From Candidatus Dadabacteria bacterium (GTDB lineage Bacteria; Desulfobacterota_D; UBA1144; Nemesobacterales; CSP1-2), in contig CAWDVW010000007.1 in the NCBI GenBank assembly GCA_963805855.1, positions 527,972 to 591,971 on the forward strand: a DNA stretch of 64,000 bases. The letters are read 5' to 3'. The notes below the pieces were generated by a model. That model had not been told where the DNA came from, did not search any database, and saw only the letters and a list, made by a program, of their open reading frames with translations. Each line of letters opens with the position of its first letter. Position 1 is the stretch's first letter. The translations under genes were made by a program, and so were the position numbers. Below, in pieces: positions 48,370-56,745 of this stretch.

Positions 48370-49440
48370 TTATCTATTTGTCGCCACACGCCAGACATGA
48401 AGCAAGATATGGAGCACTAGCCCGCCTATGGTAAAAGAAATAAATATCTTATAAAAGAGCTTTATATAATACACGAGGGGAGCCTTGTCAGGGCTCGGTT
48501 CGTAGTGAGAAAGCCACGCCCCAGGAAAGTTTGTGGTGGCATCCGGGTGGCATTTTTTACACGTGTGTACAAGATTCGCTTTTAGAACAGGAGAATCTGG
48601 GTCACTTACTTTGGTAATATTGTGAACGCCGTGGCAATCGGTACAAACAGGCTTCCAGGAGCTGATATCCTCTGTTTGGCTCTTATAGAATGTAACACTT
48701 ACCCCATGAAAGTCCTTGAGATAAGTTTCTAAAACCTTAGTCGAGAGCCCATATTTCTTCATGAGTGCTTCATTTGCATGACACTTCCCGCATAGCTCAG
48801 GGGTTTTTAACAGAAAGGTACGGGTTCTCGGATCGTCTATATTATGCGCATGGTGGCAATCACTACACACCGGAACGTCCGGGTTGTTTTCTTCAATTAA
48901 AGCCCTCCCGTGAACGCTTTTGCTATAAATTTCGAAGATCCCGGCATGGCACTTCTTGCAGGTTTGGGAAATTCTCGCTTTCGGCCTATCGGGCCTTGTT
49001 ACATAGTGGGCTCCATGACAATCAACGCAGACAGGCGCCGCTGTATTTCCATTTGATAGGAGACTGTAATGAATGCTCTCTAAGGTTTTTGTATAGTTGG
49101 CAAAATGACACCGTTTACAACTCTGATAGAGAGCTAAGCTGTAGGCGCGTCTGTTTTCGAGCTCCTTTTCGGGGTGTGGATAATCTGATATGTCGCTATG
49201 ACAGTCGGTACAGGCCAGTTTGTCACCATGAATCGATGAGGCGAAATTACCTGGGTTCACGTAGAGGGACATTTCCTCTTTGCTCGGCAATACAATACTG
49301 AGGCTTGGATCACTATGACACGCTAGACAAAACTCTACTTCCTCTGACAACTTCGCTTCGGGCTCAGCCAGAGCAAAAATGGGAAATATCAAGACCAAAT
49401 TAACATATATGAAGATCCGCGTCAGCGTAGCTAAAGACAT
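48370..49440 (-). CDS. Nine-heme cytochrome c with a C-terminal membrane anchor
   Basis: 356 aa with a signal peptide and nine CXXCH motifs (CLACH, CTDCH, CKRCH, CVDCH, CKKCH, CSDCH, CGKCH, CTDCH, CKKCH). C-terminal TM helix. Confidence 0.88.
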   Translation of the reverse strand: MSLATLTRIFIYVNLVLIFPIFALAEPEAKLSEEVEFCLACHSDPSLSIVLPSKEEMSLYVNPGNFASSIHGDKLACTDCHSDISDYPHPEKELENRRAYSLALYQSCKRCHFANYTKTLESIHYSLLSNGNTAAPVCVDCHGAHYVTRPDRPKARISQTCKKCHAGIFEIYSKSVHGRALIEENNPDVPVCSDCHHAHNIDDPRTRTFLLKTPELCGKCHANEALMKKYGLSTKVLETYLKDFHGVSVTFYKSQTEDISSWKPVCTDCHGVHNITKVSDPDSPVLKANLVHTCKKCHPDATTNFPGAWLSHYEPSPDKAPLVYYIKLFYKIFISFTIGGLVLHILLHVWRVATNR

Positions 49441-49479
49441 CGATGCATCTTTTGGACCTCTTTATCTTATGACGTCATA

Positions 49480-49941
49480 TTAACTTTTATTCGCCTCTTC
49501 GCGCTTCTTTGCGATTTCCTTTTCTAGTTCGCTGATAAGGTCAGGAGCCTCGGGTTTTTTCTCTTCTTTTAGACCCTCCTGAAACTGTTGCCTTTCGCCC
49601 CTTTCGGATCCTCTTCGCCACGTGAGGTAGGCCACACCGGGCATCCAATGCAGCGTAGCTTCTCTCAGCAGGCTCTCCCTTAGCAACCGCAATCCCAGTA
49701 GCGCTTTGCTAGCCACGAGGCCCAAAACCATCGCAAAGGAGATAAACGGCAAGAAGATCACGTACATTAACCCCATAATTGGTCCCAACGCAATCATGGC
49801 TATGGGCTGTATCTTCACGTACCGTTCGTCACTTGCGCCCGGTAAAGGGTCGCTTTCATTCTCTATAGTGACAAAATCCCTTCGCTTGAGACTGAGATAA
49901 ATTCCCCTCTTTACGAGTTGATTACCAAAGTACCTTTTCAT
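49480..49941 (-). CDS. Hypothetical membrane protein
   Basis: MKRYFGNQLVKRG..., two TM helices, and a charged C-terminal tail. The ATG at 49941 has a GGGGG RBS. Confidence 0.45.
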   Translation of the reverse strand: MKRYFGNQLVKRGIYLSLKRRDFVTIENESDPLPGASDERYVKIQPIAMIALGPIMGLMYVIFLPFISFAMVLGLVASKALLGLRLLRESLLREATLHWMPGVAYLTWRRGSERGERQQFQEGLKEEKKPEAPDLISELEKEIAKKREEANKS

Positions 49942-50105
49942 GATTATTACCCCCTTTTTTTTGATCTCACCCTTAATATAGTGAAAGGGGGCTAGTCCTT
50001 GCAATAGGGAAAACGCCCTATTTTTAGTGGAAAAAATACCCTGTTTTTCATATCCGAACGACCTATGCTATATCGAGGCTAAAGTTTATTTTGTCCAGAC
50101 CTATT

Positions 50106-50438
50106 TTATTTAAGGCTCATCAGATAGGTCACAAGCGCTTCGAGTTGCTCATCCGTACCTTTAAAAGGCGGTTGTTTCGTATCTGGAATGACGGATTTCG
50201 GGTCCTTTAGAAATCCCTTTATCCACTCGGCATCCTTCCTGCTGCCCACGCCTGAAAGTTCAGGACCAATCTTCCCTCCAACTCCTTCTATCTTGTGACA
50301 CATGGGGCATTTCATCTCGCTGTATACCTTTTTTCCCGCCTCAATCTGATCTGCCTCCTGAGCGAATCCAGTAATCCCAAACAATAAAACTCCCACAACA
50401 CCAACAGCCAGACACGAAAAGATGTTTCTACATATCAT
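50106..50438 (-). CDS. Class I monoheme cytochrome c
   Basis: 110 aa with a signal peptide. GKKVYSEMKCPMCHKIEGVGGKIGPELSGVG. Confidence 0.85.
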   Translation of the reverse strand: MICRNIFSCLAVGVVGVLLFGITGFAQEADQIEAGKKVYSEMKCPMCHKIEGVGGKIGPELSGVGSRKDAEWIKGFLKDPKSVIPDTKQPPFKGTDEQLEALVTYLMSLK

Positions 50439-50499
50439 TTACCTACCTCCTTAATTTTATTCTGTAATTATGACCCTCTTCACCTTGAACTTTCTTTCC

Positions 50500-51114
50500 T
50501 CAATCGTATTTTGATAAGTCGATCTCAAACCTCTTTTCCCCCCGGGGTTTCTGGAGAATAAACGTAATCTTTTCATTACCTTTTTTCTTCCCGTAATCAA
50601 AGTAGTAATAATTCGCAGCTTTATAAGAAGGTGATTGCGGCCAAGCAAGGGACGGAATCGCCCAGACCATAGGTTTTACTTCTACAGGCCGAATAACTCT
50701 ATCCCCTATCTTTATCACACCGCGAATATCCGTTGCGAAATTTACATCGTCTCCCAAAAGATAAGCCTTGATATAAAAGCTTTTTGCATTTATTATTCCG
50801 GCGATATCCTTTTCGCTAAGCTTTTGGCCACGTTTCTCATTGAAAGCTGACAGTAGCTTCAGCAAACTAACCTTAGTAACCACAGCTACGAATTCCTCTT
50901 CACCTGATATAGATGGATAGCTGTATTCTTGTTTTATCTTCTCTATCTCATCCTTGTGTTTCTCACCATAGACGACAGCCTCATTTACCTGCTTCTCCGT
51001 CGGGTTTATGATCATAGCCCTGGACGGAGAAGCAGTAATCAGACTGATAGCTGTAACTAGGAGCCAAGAGATCTTTCCGTTTTTTAAGGCTGAAAATAGA
51101 CTTATAAAAACCAT
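50500..51114 (-). CDS. Exported hypothetical protein
   Basis: 204 aa with a signal peptide (…ITASPSRA). I recognise no motifs. Confidence 0.45.
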   Translation of the reverse strand: MVFISLFSALKNGKISWLLVTAISLITASPSRAMIINPTEKQVNEAVVYGEKHKDEIEKIKQEYSYPSISGEEEFVAVVTKVSLLKLLSAFNEKRGQKLSEKDIAGIINAKSFYIKAYLLGDDVNFATDIRGVIKIGDRVIRPVEVKPMVWAIPSLAWPQSPSYKAANYYYFDYGKKKGNEKITFILQKPRGEKRFEIDLSKYD

Positions 51115-51231
51115 AACTCCTATCCTGTAAAGTTTTTAGTTAGCTTCACGATCCAGTTTTATCCACTAAGCCAAGCCCCTTTCAGCTCATGATTAAACTT
51201 AGAGGGCGGAACCGTATCTTTTGAATGTCCT

Positions 51232-52227
51232 TTAACCTGTAGCGACAGCCTCCTTAAACCCGACTATTCTCTCAAGGTTTTTCAACACCAAAGTAGCCCC
51301 CGGGGTTTGAACAAACATAGCCGCTACAAGAGGAATTAATACAGTAGTCTCGTTAAACATAAGAACTGCAAGTCCCGCTGTAATGGTAAAGTTCTTTAAG
51401 TAACCTCCATAGAAAAACGCCACTCCGTCTTGATAACTGGAAACCAGCCTTCGGGTTAAAGGAAAGAGAAGCATGGTCATTGCCCCGTAGTATATAATCC
51501 AGAGAATCACGATCTTTCCTATAACTACAGGATATTGGATAATGAACCCAGCTTGAATACTCATAGCACAGAAGATTACGCCAAAAAGTCCAATAGCGGT
51601 TAGTAATGGTAACACCAGTTCCACCCTTCCGTACACCTCCTTTCCGGCAAATTTGGTGAGGCTTAACCGTGTCAAAAAACCGGCAACCAGTGGTACGATA
51701 ATAACAATACAGATCTTCTTGAACATAAAGACCGGACTCAAGGCAACTGCCTTTGGGAGCAGAGCCCAGCTTAACAGAGGAACCGCACCGATTGCAATAA
51801 TGAAACCGACCGCCAGCAGAGTCACGCCAAGAAGGATGTTGCCGTTACCCAATCCTACCCATCCGGGCAGCATCGCACATGCGGGAACTATTACGGTTAA
51901 TATCACACCTGTATATAGATAAGTGTCGTCAGGAACAAAACTTTTTGCCAAAACAACACCCAAAATCGGCGCCACTACCACCTGAAATCCCATACAGGTT
52001 AGTATAATCTTAGGCATCTTTACAATATCGGCAATTCTTTCCACCCTCGTCCTAATCATCATCGGATAGACCATAAGAAAAAATAGGGGAAGAAAAAGGA
52101 AACCTAGACTCTTAACCGCTTCCGGCAGGGTAATACCTACCAGGATAGCGACCGCAATAACTATGACGTAGAGGTAAAAAAGGTTGTTTTTTATAAAAGA
52201 ATTTACCTTCGTGAATAGCTCAACCAT
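51232..52227 (-). CDS. ACR3/BASS-fold (bile acid:Na+ symporter / arsenite efflux superfamily) transporter
   Basis: 331 aa with about 10 TM helices. FFLMVYPMMIRTRVERIADIVKMPKIILTCMGFQVVVAPILG resembles the ACR3/SBF signature region. Confidence 0.6.
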   Translation of the reverse strand: MVELFTKVNSFIKNNLFYLYVIVIAVAILVGITLPEAVKSLGFLFLPLFFLMVYPMMIRTRVERIADIVKMPKIILTCMGFQVVVAPILGVVLAKSFVPDDTYLYTGVILTVIVPACAMLPGWVGLGNGNILLGVTLLAVGFIIAIGAVPLLSWALLPKAVALSPVFMFKKICIVIIVPLVAGFLTRLSLTKFAGKEVYGRVELVLPLLTAIGLFGVIFCAMSIQAGFIIQYPVVIGKIVILWIIYYGAMTMLLFPLTRRLVSSYQDGVAFFYGGYLKNFTITAGLAVLMFNETTVLIPLVAAMFVQTPGATLVLKNLERIVGFKEAVATG

Positions 52228-52571
52228 TTTTCCCCTCCTTTTACAATTAAATTCCCCAGTCGAAACTCACCTGCCCGCAACAAGGGCAATCTAAATTCTG
52301 ATGCGTAACTTGAACGCGCATAACCGTGCATACTAAAAAACCCCACAACACATCCGCCTTCCCGAAGAGTCCTCGGATACGCCTGGCCGACATTCAGATT
52401 GCATCCTTTTCTTCCGAAATTTATATCCTGAATCTACACTCAACATTCCTACTCCGATCTTCAAAGCAACCACCCAAACGATAAAACCTCCCAGAGTTGA
52501 ATTTAGGCTAATTTCCCGGGGATTTATTCCCCCTTTCTCCAAAAGCTCAAACTTCCTATTGTCCCCAATAT

Positions 52572-52587
52572 TGCAAATTCTATGCCA
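52572..52587 (-). promoter_or_regulatory. Candidate sigma-54 promoter (minus strand) upstream of the transporter gene
   Basis: The minus strand reads TGGCATagaatTTGCA, about 344 nt upstream of the ATG at 52227. Confidence 0.5.
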
Positions 52588-52801
52588 AAAAGGTTCCGAA
52601 GTTATTTAGAAATTCGAAATTACTCAACTCTTTTGAAATGTGTTCCATTTTCTGACACCTTACACCTAAATTGGGTTTTTTTTAGAATACGGACTCAGTA
52701 ACTCATCCAAGCAGAAAAAATAATTATCCTCATGTATTTTGGACAGCTTTGGTTTAATTCCAATTAAGCTCGAACATGTTTAGAAGAATTTTAAGAACAC
52801 T

Positions 52802-52817
52802 TGGTACGAATTTTGCA
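52802..52817 (+). promoter_or_regulatory. Candidate sigma-54 promoter upstream of the ferredoxin-like/gltA/FrhB-like genes
   Basis: TGGTACgaattTTGCA, 29 nt before the ATG at 52847, with GGAG in between. Confidence 0.5.
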
Positions 52818-52846
52818 ACTGCGAATATACTAATGGAGTTACACAT

Positions 52847-53182
52847 ATGAACCAAATAGATCAAGTTTTGCAGGAAAAAGAACCTAAGAGCACTGTCTGG
52901 AGTGGAATAGGCCAAAAAGCCCGAGGTAAAAATGTCACCATCTCTTTAAATGAGGAATTTTGCAAAGGCTGTGAGATATGCGTCGAAATATGCCCAAATA
53001 AATGTGTGGAGATGAACGGGGCTTACCGAATGGTAAAAATTCCCAAAGGAACGGAGCGATTAAACTTAAGCGCCCTTGAAGCGGGGATAGAACTGGCACT
53101 AGAAGCTTATGATAAGGTCCCGCCCAATGCTGCATACGCTGGCGATAAAGTACAAGGCTTGGGCAAGGACTTCGATGTCTAA
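52847..53182 (+). CDS. Small protein with a single 4Fe-4S ferredoxin-type motif
   Basis: 111 aa. CKGCEICVEICPNKC is the only complete cluster motif. Confidence 0.5.
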   Translation: MNQIDQVLQEKEPKSTVWSGIGQKARGKNVTISLNEEFCKGCEICVEICPNKCVEMNGAYRMVKIPKGTERLNLSALEAGIELALEAYDKVPPNAAYAGDKVQGLGKDFDV

Positions 53183-53261
53183 CCACTTAACTCTTTATTC
53201 GTTATTTGCAATATCGAATTTTTGCAGGTCATAATAATATATAGTCAAAGGAGGGATTATA

Positions 53262-54551
53262 ATGGCTAAAGATGGCTTATCCATAACTGATAATCGTACC
53301 GGCAGTAGTTTCGAAATCCCGATAACTCAGGGGACGATTGGTGCTATGGACCTGAGACAGATCAAGGTCTCTGACGATGACTTTGGACTCATGAGTTACG
53401 ACCCTGCGTTCGGGAATACAGCGAGCTGTAAGAGTAATATTACCTTTATCGACGGAGATAAGGGTATTCTGCGCTACAGGGGATTTCCGATTGAGCAACT
53501 GGCAGAAGGAAGCAACTATTTGGAAACAGCCTTCCTACTTCTGCATGGAGAACTCCCTTCCAAATCCGAATATGAAGAATGGATATATGATATAACCCAT
53601 CATACGTTTATTCATGAAAATATCAAAAAATTCATGGAGGGATTCCGCTATGATGCTCATCCGATGGGTATGCTTTTAAGCACAGTTGGAGCACTATCAA
53701 CCTTTTATCCAGAAGCTAAAAATATCTTTGATGAAAACGTACGTAAAAAGCAGATTCATCGCCTGATTGCAAAGATGCCAACTCTTGCCGCATTTGCTTA
53801 CCGGCATGGCCGAGGCTTGCCCTACGCATACCCTGATAATGACCTGAGTTATACCGGCAATTTTCTAAATATGATGTTTAAGATGACAGAGTCAAAGTAT
53901 AAGCCTAGTCCCGTTATAGAAAGGGCTCTTGATATACTTTTTATACTCCATGCAGACCATGAACAGAATTGTAGTGCCAATGCCGTTCGCGCAGTGGGTA
54001 GCTCCCATGTAGATCCCTATTCCGCCATTGCGGCGGGTGTCGCAGCCCTTTATGGACCCTTACACGGAGGGGCAAACGAAGCGGCCCTGCGAATGCTAAA
54101 TGAAATTGGTTCTAAGGATAAAGTTCCTGAGTTTATTAAGAGGGTCAAAGCCGGTGAAGGTAGACTCATGGGGTTCGGCCATCGCATTTATAAGGCCTAT
54201 GACCCGAGGGCAAAGATTATCAAGGATACTGCTGATCAAGTGTTTGGCGTCACAGGTATGAATCCACTGCTTGAAATAGCACTAGAGGTAGAAAGGATTG
54301 CGCTTGAGGATGAATACTTTATTAAGCGCAGACTATACCCCAATGTGGACTTTTATACTGGTTTGATCTACCAGAGCCTAGGTTTCCCTGTTGACATATT
54401 TCCGGTGCTTTTTGCCATTCCTCGGACCTCAGGCTGGCTGGCACAGTGGGAAGAAATGCTAATCGATAAAGACACAAGAATAGCCCGACCAAGACAGGTC
54501 TACGTGGGAAAGGACAAACGTGATTATAAACCGATTGCAAAAAGGAGATAG
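53262..54551 (+). CDS. gltA: Citrate synthase (type II, GltA-like)
   Basis: 429 aa. ASCKSNITFIDGDKGILRYRGFPIEQLAE, HADHEQNCS, GPLHGGANE and GFGHRIYK (catalytic His residues). Confidence 0.95.
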   Translation: MAKDGLSITDNRTGSSFEIPITQGTIGAMDLRQIKVSDDDFGLMSYDPAFGNTASCKSNITFIDGDKGILRYRGFPIEQLAEGSNYLETAFLLLHGELPSKSEYEEWIYDITHHTFIHENIKKFMEGFRYDAHPMGMLLSTVGALSTFYPEAKNIFDENVRKKQIHRLIAKMPTLAAFAYRHGRGLPYAYPDNDLSYTGNFLNMMFKMTESKYKPSPVIERALDILFILHADHEQNCSANAVRAVGSSHVDPYSAIAAGVAALYGPLHGGANEAALRMLNEIGSKDKVPEFIKRVKAGEGRLMGFGHRIYKAYDPRAKIIKDTADQVFGVTGMNPLLEIALEVERIALEDEYFIKRRLYPNVDFYTGLIYQSLGFPVDIFPVLFAIPRTSGWLAQWEEMLIDKDTRIARPRQVYVGKDKRDYKPIAKRR

Positions 54552-54556
54552 ATAGT

Positions 54557-55804
54557 ATGTCTGTTAAAAACGGGAAACAGAAAGACACAGCGCACGATCA
54601 GTTCAAACCGACATTTAAGAGAATGATGAACCAGGTAGTGGCCGCGGGAAGCTGTTGCGGCTGTTCAATGTGCGTGGTTAGTTGTCCATATGGCGTAATA
54701 AAATACGACCACAATTCTACGATGCCATATATAGCAAAGCCAATCCTTGGATTTGATTATTGCCCTATAAGTGAGAATATTGGTTGTGATGTGTGTTCAA
54801 ACGCATGCTCCGGATTGGGATTAGAGCCCTCGAAGCCGCTAGAACCCGAAGAAATAGACATACGCCGTTTTGGAAGAAAGAGACGCGAAGATGAGCCCTA
54901 TGGGATCACTCGATTTATATGTGCCACCAGGAGCGCTGATCCAGGAGTAGTTGCAAATGCACAAGATGGTGGAGCAATAAGGGAGATTCTGAGGTGTGCT
55001 TTTGAGGAAGGGATCATCGAAGGTGCCGCAGTAGCTGGTCCTTCCGATAATCTATGGCTCGAGCCTGTACCAACAGTTGTAAAAAGCGTAGAAGAGCTAA
55101 GGCGTACTTCAAAATCTTGGTATACGTATTGCCCAACCCCACTGGCCCTTGTCGAGGCCGTAGATAAATACAAGTTAAAGAATCTCGCTTTAGTTGGGGT
55201 CCCCTGTGAAATCTCAGGATATGCCGCTGCCTTAGGAGCGGATACAGACTTTATAACTCCCGACAGAGGTTCAAAAAACGTAGAAAAACAGAAAAAGCAC
55301 CTCAAGCAATATGTGGATTCCGTAAGATTGGCAATAGGTCTTTTCTGTACCGAATCCTATGATTACGACGGGTACATGCGTGAATACATAATAGGAAAAC
55401 TCGGGCTTGATCCTCGTGAAATAATCAAAGTAAACATAAAGAGAAAGGTTTTTATACACTTGAGAGATGGAACAAGAATTGAAACTGCCCTCGACGAATT
55501 AAAGCCTTATCACAGGGAACAGTGTCAATACTGTGGTGACTTTAGCGCTGAGTACGCCGATATTTCAGCCGGCGGTGTGGGAACAGAAGGATGGACAATA
55601 CTTATCATTAGATCCGAATTGGGAGAAAGTATACTTAATCGTACCGTGCAAAAGGGGTATCTGCAGGTTAAGAACGCATCCGAGTTTGAACAGTCCGTAA
55701 GTCTTTTGAAAAGATTCACCAACAAGAAAAGAGCAAAGCAAATGAACAACTTATCCCAATTGACGGATATAGAGGCACACGATGTGTTAAAAAGCGCCAA
55801 ATAA
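54557..55804 (+). CDS. FrhB/FdhB-family (coenzyme F420 hydrogenase/dehydrogenase beta-like) flavo-iron-sulfur protein
   Basis: 415 aa. N-terminal CCGCSMCVVSCPYG and CDVCSNAC, then AQDGGAI, ALVGVPCEISG and CQYCGDFSAEYADISAGG, which are typical of FrhB_FdhB N and C domains. Confidence 0.75.
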   Translation: MSVKNGKQKDTAHDQFKPTFKRMMNQVVAAGSCCGCSMCVVSCPYGVIKYDHNSTMPYIAKPILGFDYCPISENIGCDVCSNACSGLGLEPSKPLEPEEIDIRRFGRKRREDEPYGITRFICATRSADPGVVANAQDGGAIREILRCAFEEGIIEGAAVAGPSDNLWLEPVPTVVKSVEELRRTSKSWYTYCPTPLALVEAVDKYKLKNLALVGVPCEISGYAAALGADTDFITPDRGSKNVEKQKKHLKQYVDSVRLAIGLFCTESYDYDGYMREYIIGKLGLDPREIIKVNIKRKVFIHLRDGTRIETALDELKPYHREQCQYCGDFSAEYADISAGGVGTEGWTILIIRSELGESILNRTVQKGYLQVKNASEFEQSVSLLKRFTNKKRAKQMNNLSQLTDIEAHDVLKSAK

Positions 55805-55935
55805 ATCGGGCGATACGTACGTACTTATCCAGGTGTTAAAGGTTTCTCACAATTAGCTTCACGTTAAAAATTAATTTTTACCTTATGATCATGGTTCAAG
55901 ATAATGGGTTTAGCTGACCCCGTTTTTTGACGAAG

Positions 55936-56733
55936 TTAAGACAAGGATTTCCTATAATTGTGAATCACAAATGCTGAGATAAAAAGAAACACGATGAGGA
56001 TTCCTCCAAAGATCTTCCTGCGTTTGATTATAGTTTCATCGTCCTGTACATCATTTTCGATCTTGTCAAGATCACCTGTAATCGTGCCCGTCTTGTCTAT
56101 TATCAAGTCTACCGAAAGAACATGTGTTAAACGGTGAAACTGGTTTCTATTTGCAAAAAGTGCATCTTCAATGCTTTTAGTATCAAAACCCTCTTCCTTA
56201 ACCTTTTCAATAGTTTTATTAAGCTGGTTTATCTTCATCTCCGTTCCTTCCATAACAAATTTTATCTTTTTTGCCCGTTCATATGTGTGACACCTTGAGC
56301 AATTCTCTTCGTTTATAAGACCCAAGGTAGCCCTTTGCTGATGGTGAGCGGTATGGCATGTAGTGCAAACTGGGCGTTTCTGCTTCTCGGTTAGCCAATG
56401 AGGACTCTTCATATAGTTCTCCATAACTGCCACATGGCACTTTCCACAGAACTGAGGAACCTCATCTTCTGTAGGGGCCCCAACAAAACCTTCCTCCGGG
56501 CCCATCGCGTCCATATCCTGTAAATCAGGGTTACCACCGTGACAGTTGTTACAAGATATGCCATTTTGTTTATGAATGCTTTCTTGCCAAAGCTCTACAG
56601 GCTTTGCCAGGTCATCTCCCATCTCGGTATGACAAGAAATGCAGGAGGTTTCCGGTTCTTGGGCAACAACCTGAGCGACAAAAGCAAAGATAAGCAGCAA
56701 AAAAGAAAAAAGGAGTAAGTATTTGACAAACAT
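55936..56733 (-). CDS. Pentaheme cytochrome c with a C-terminal anchor (terminal gene of the Rieske/cyt b operon)
   Basis: 265 aa with a signal peptide. Five motifs: CISCH, CNNCH, CGKCH, CTTCH, CSRCH. C-terminal TM helix. Confidence 0.85.
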   Translation of the reverse strand: MFVKYLLLFSFLLLIFAFVAQVVAQEPETSCISCHTEMGDDLAKPVELWQESIHKQNGISCNNCHGGNPDLQDMDAMGPEEGFVGAPTEDEVPQFCGKCHVAVMENYMKSPHWLTEKQKRPVCTTCHTAHHQQRATLGLINEENCSRCHTYERAKKIKFVMEGTEMKINQLNKTIEKVKEEGFDTKSIEDALFANRNQFHRLTHVLSVDLIIDKTGTITGDLDKIENDVQDDETIIKRRKIFGGILIVFLFISAFVIHNYRKSLS

Positions 56734-56745
56734 TTCGTCTCCTTT

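Noticed and set aside
50457-50648. 63-aa minus-strand ORF
   Set aside because: It is an alternative frame overlapping the 3' part of the 204-aa exported protein gene (50500..51114). The longer ORF has a credible signal peptide.
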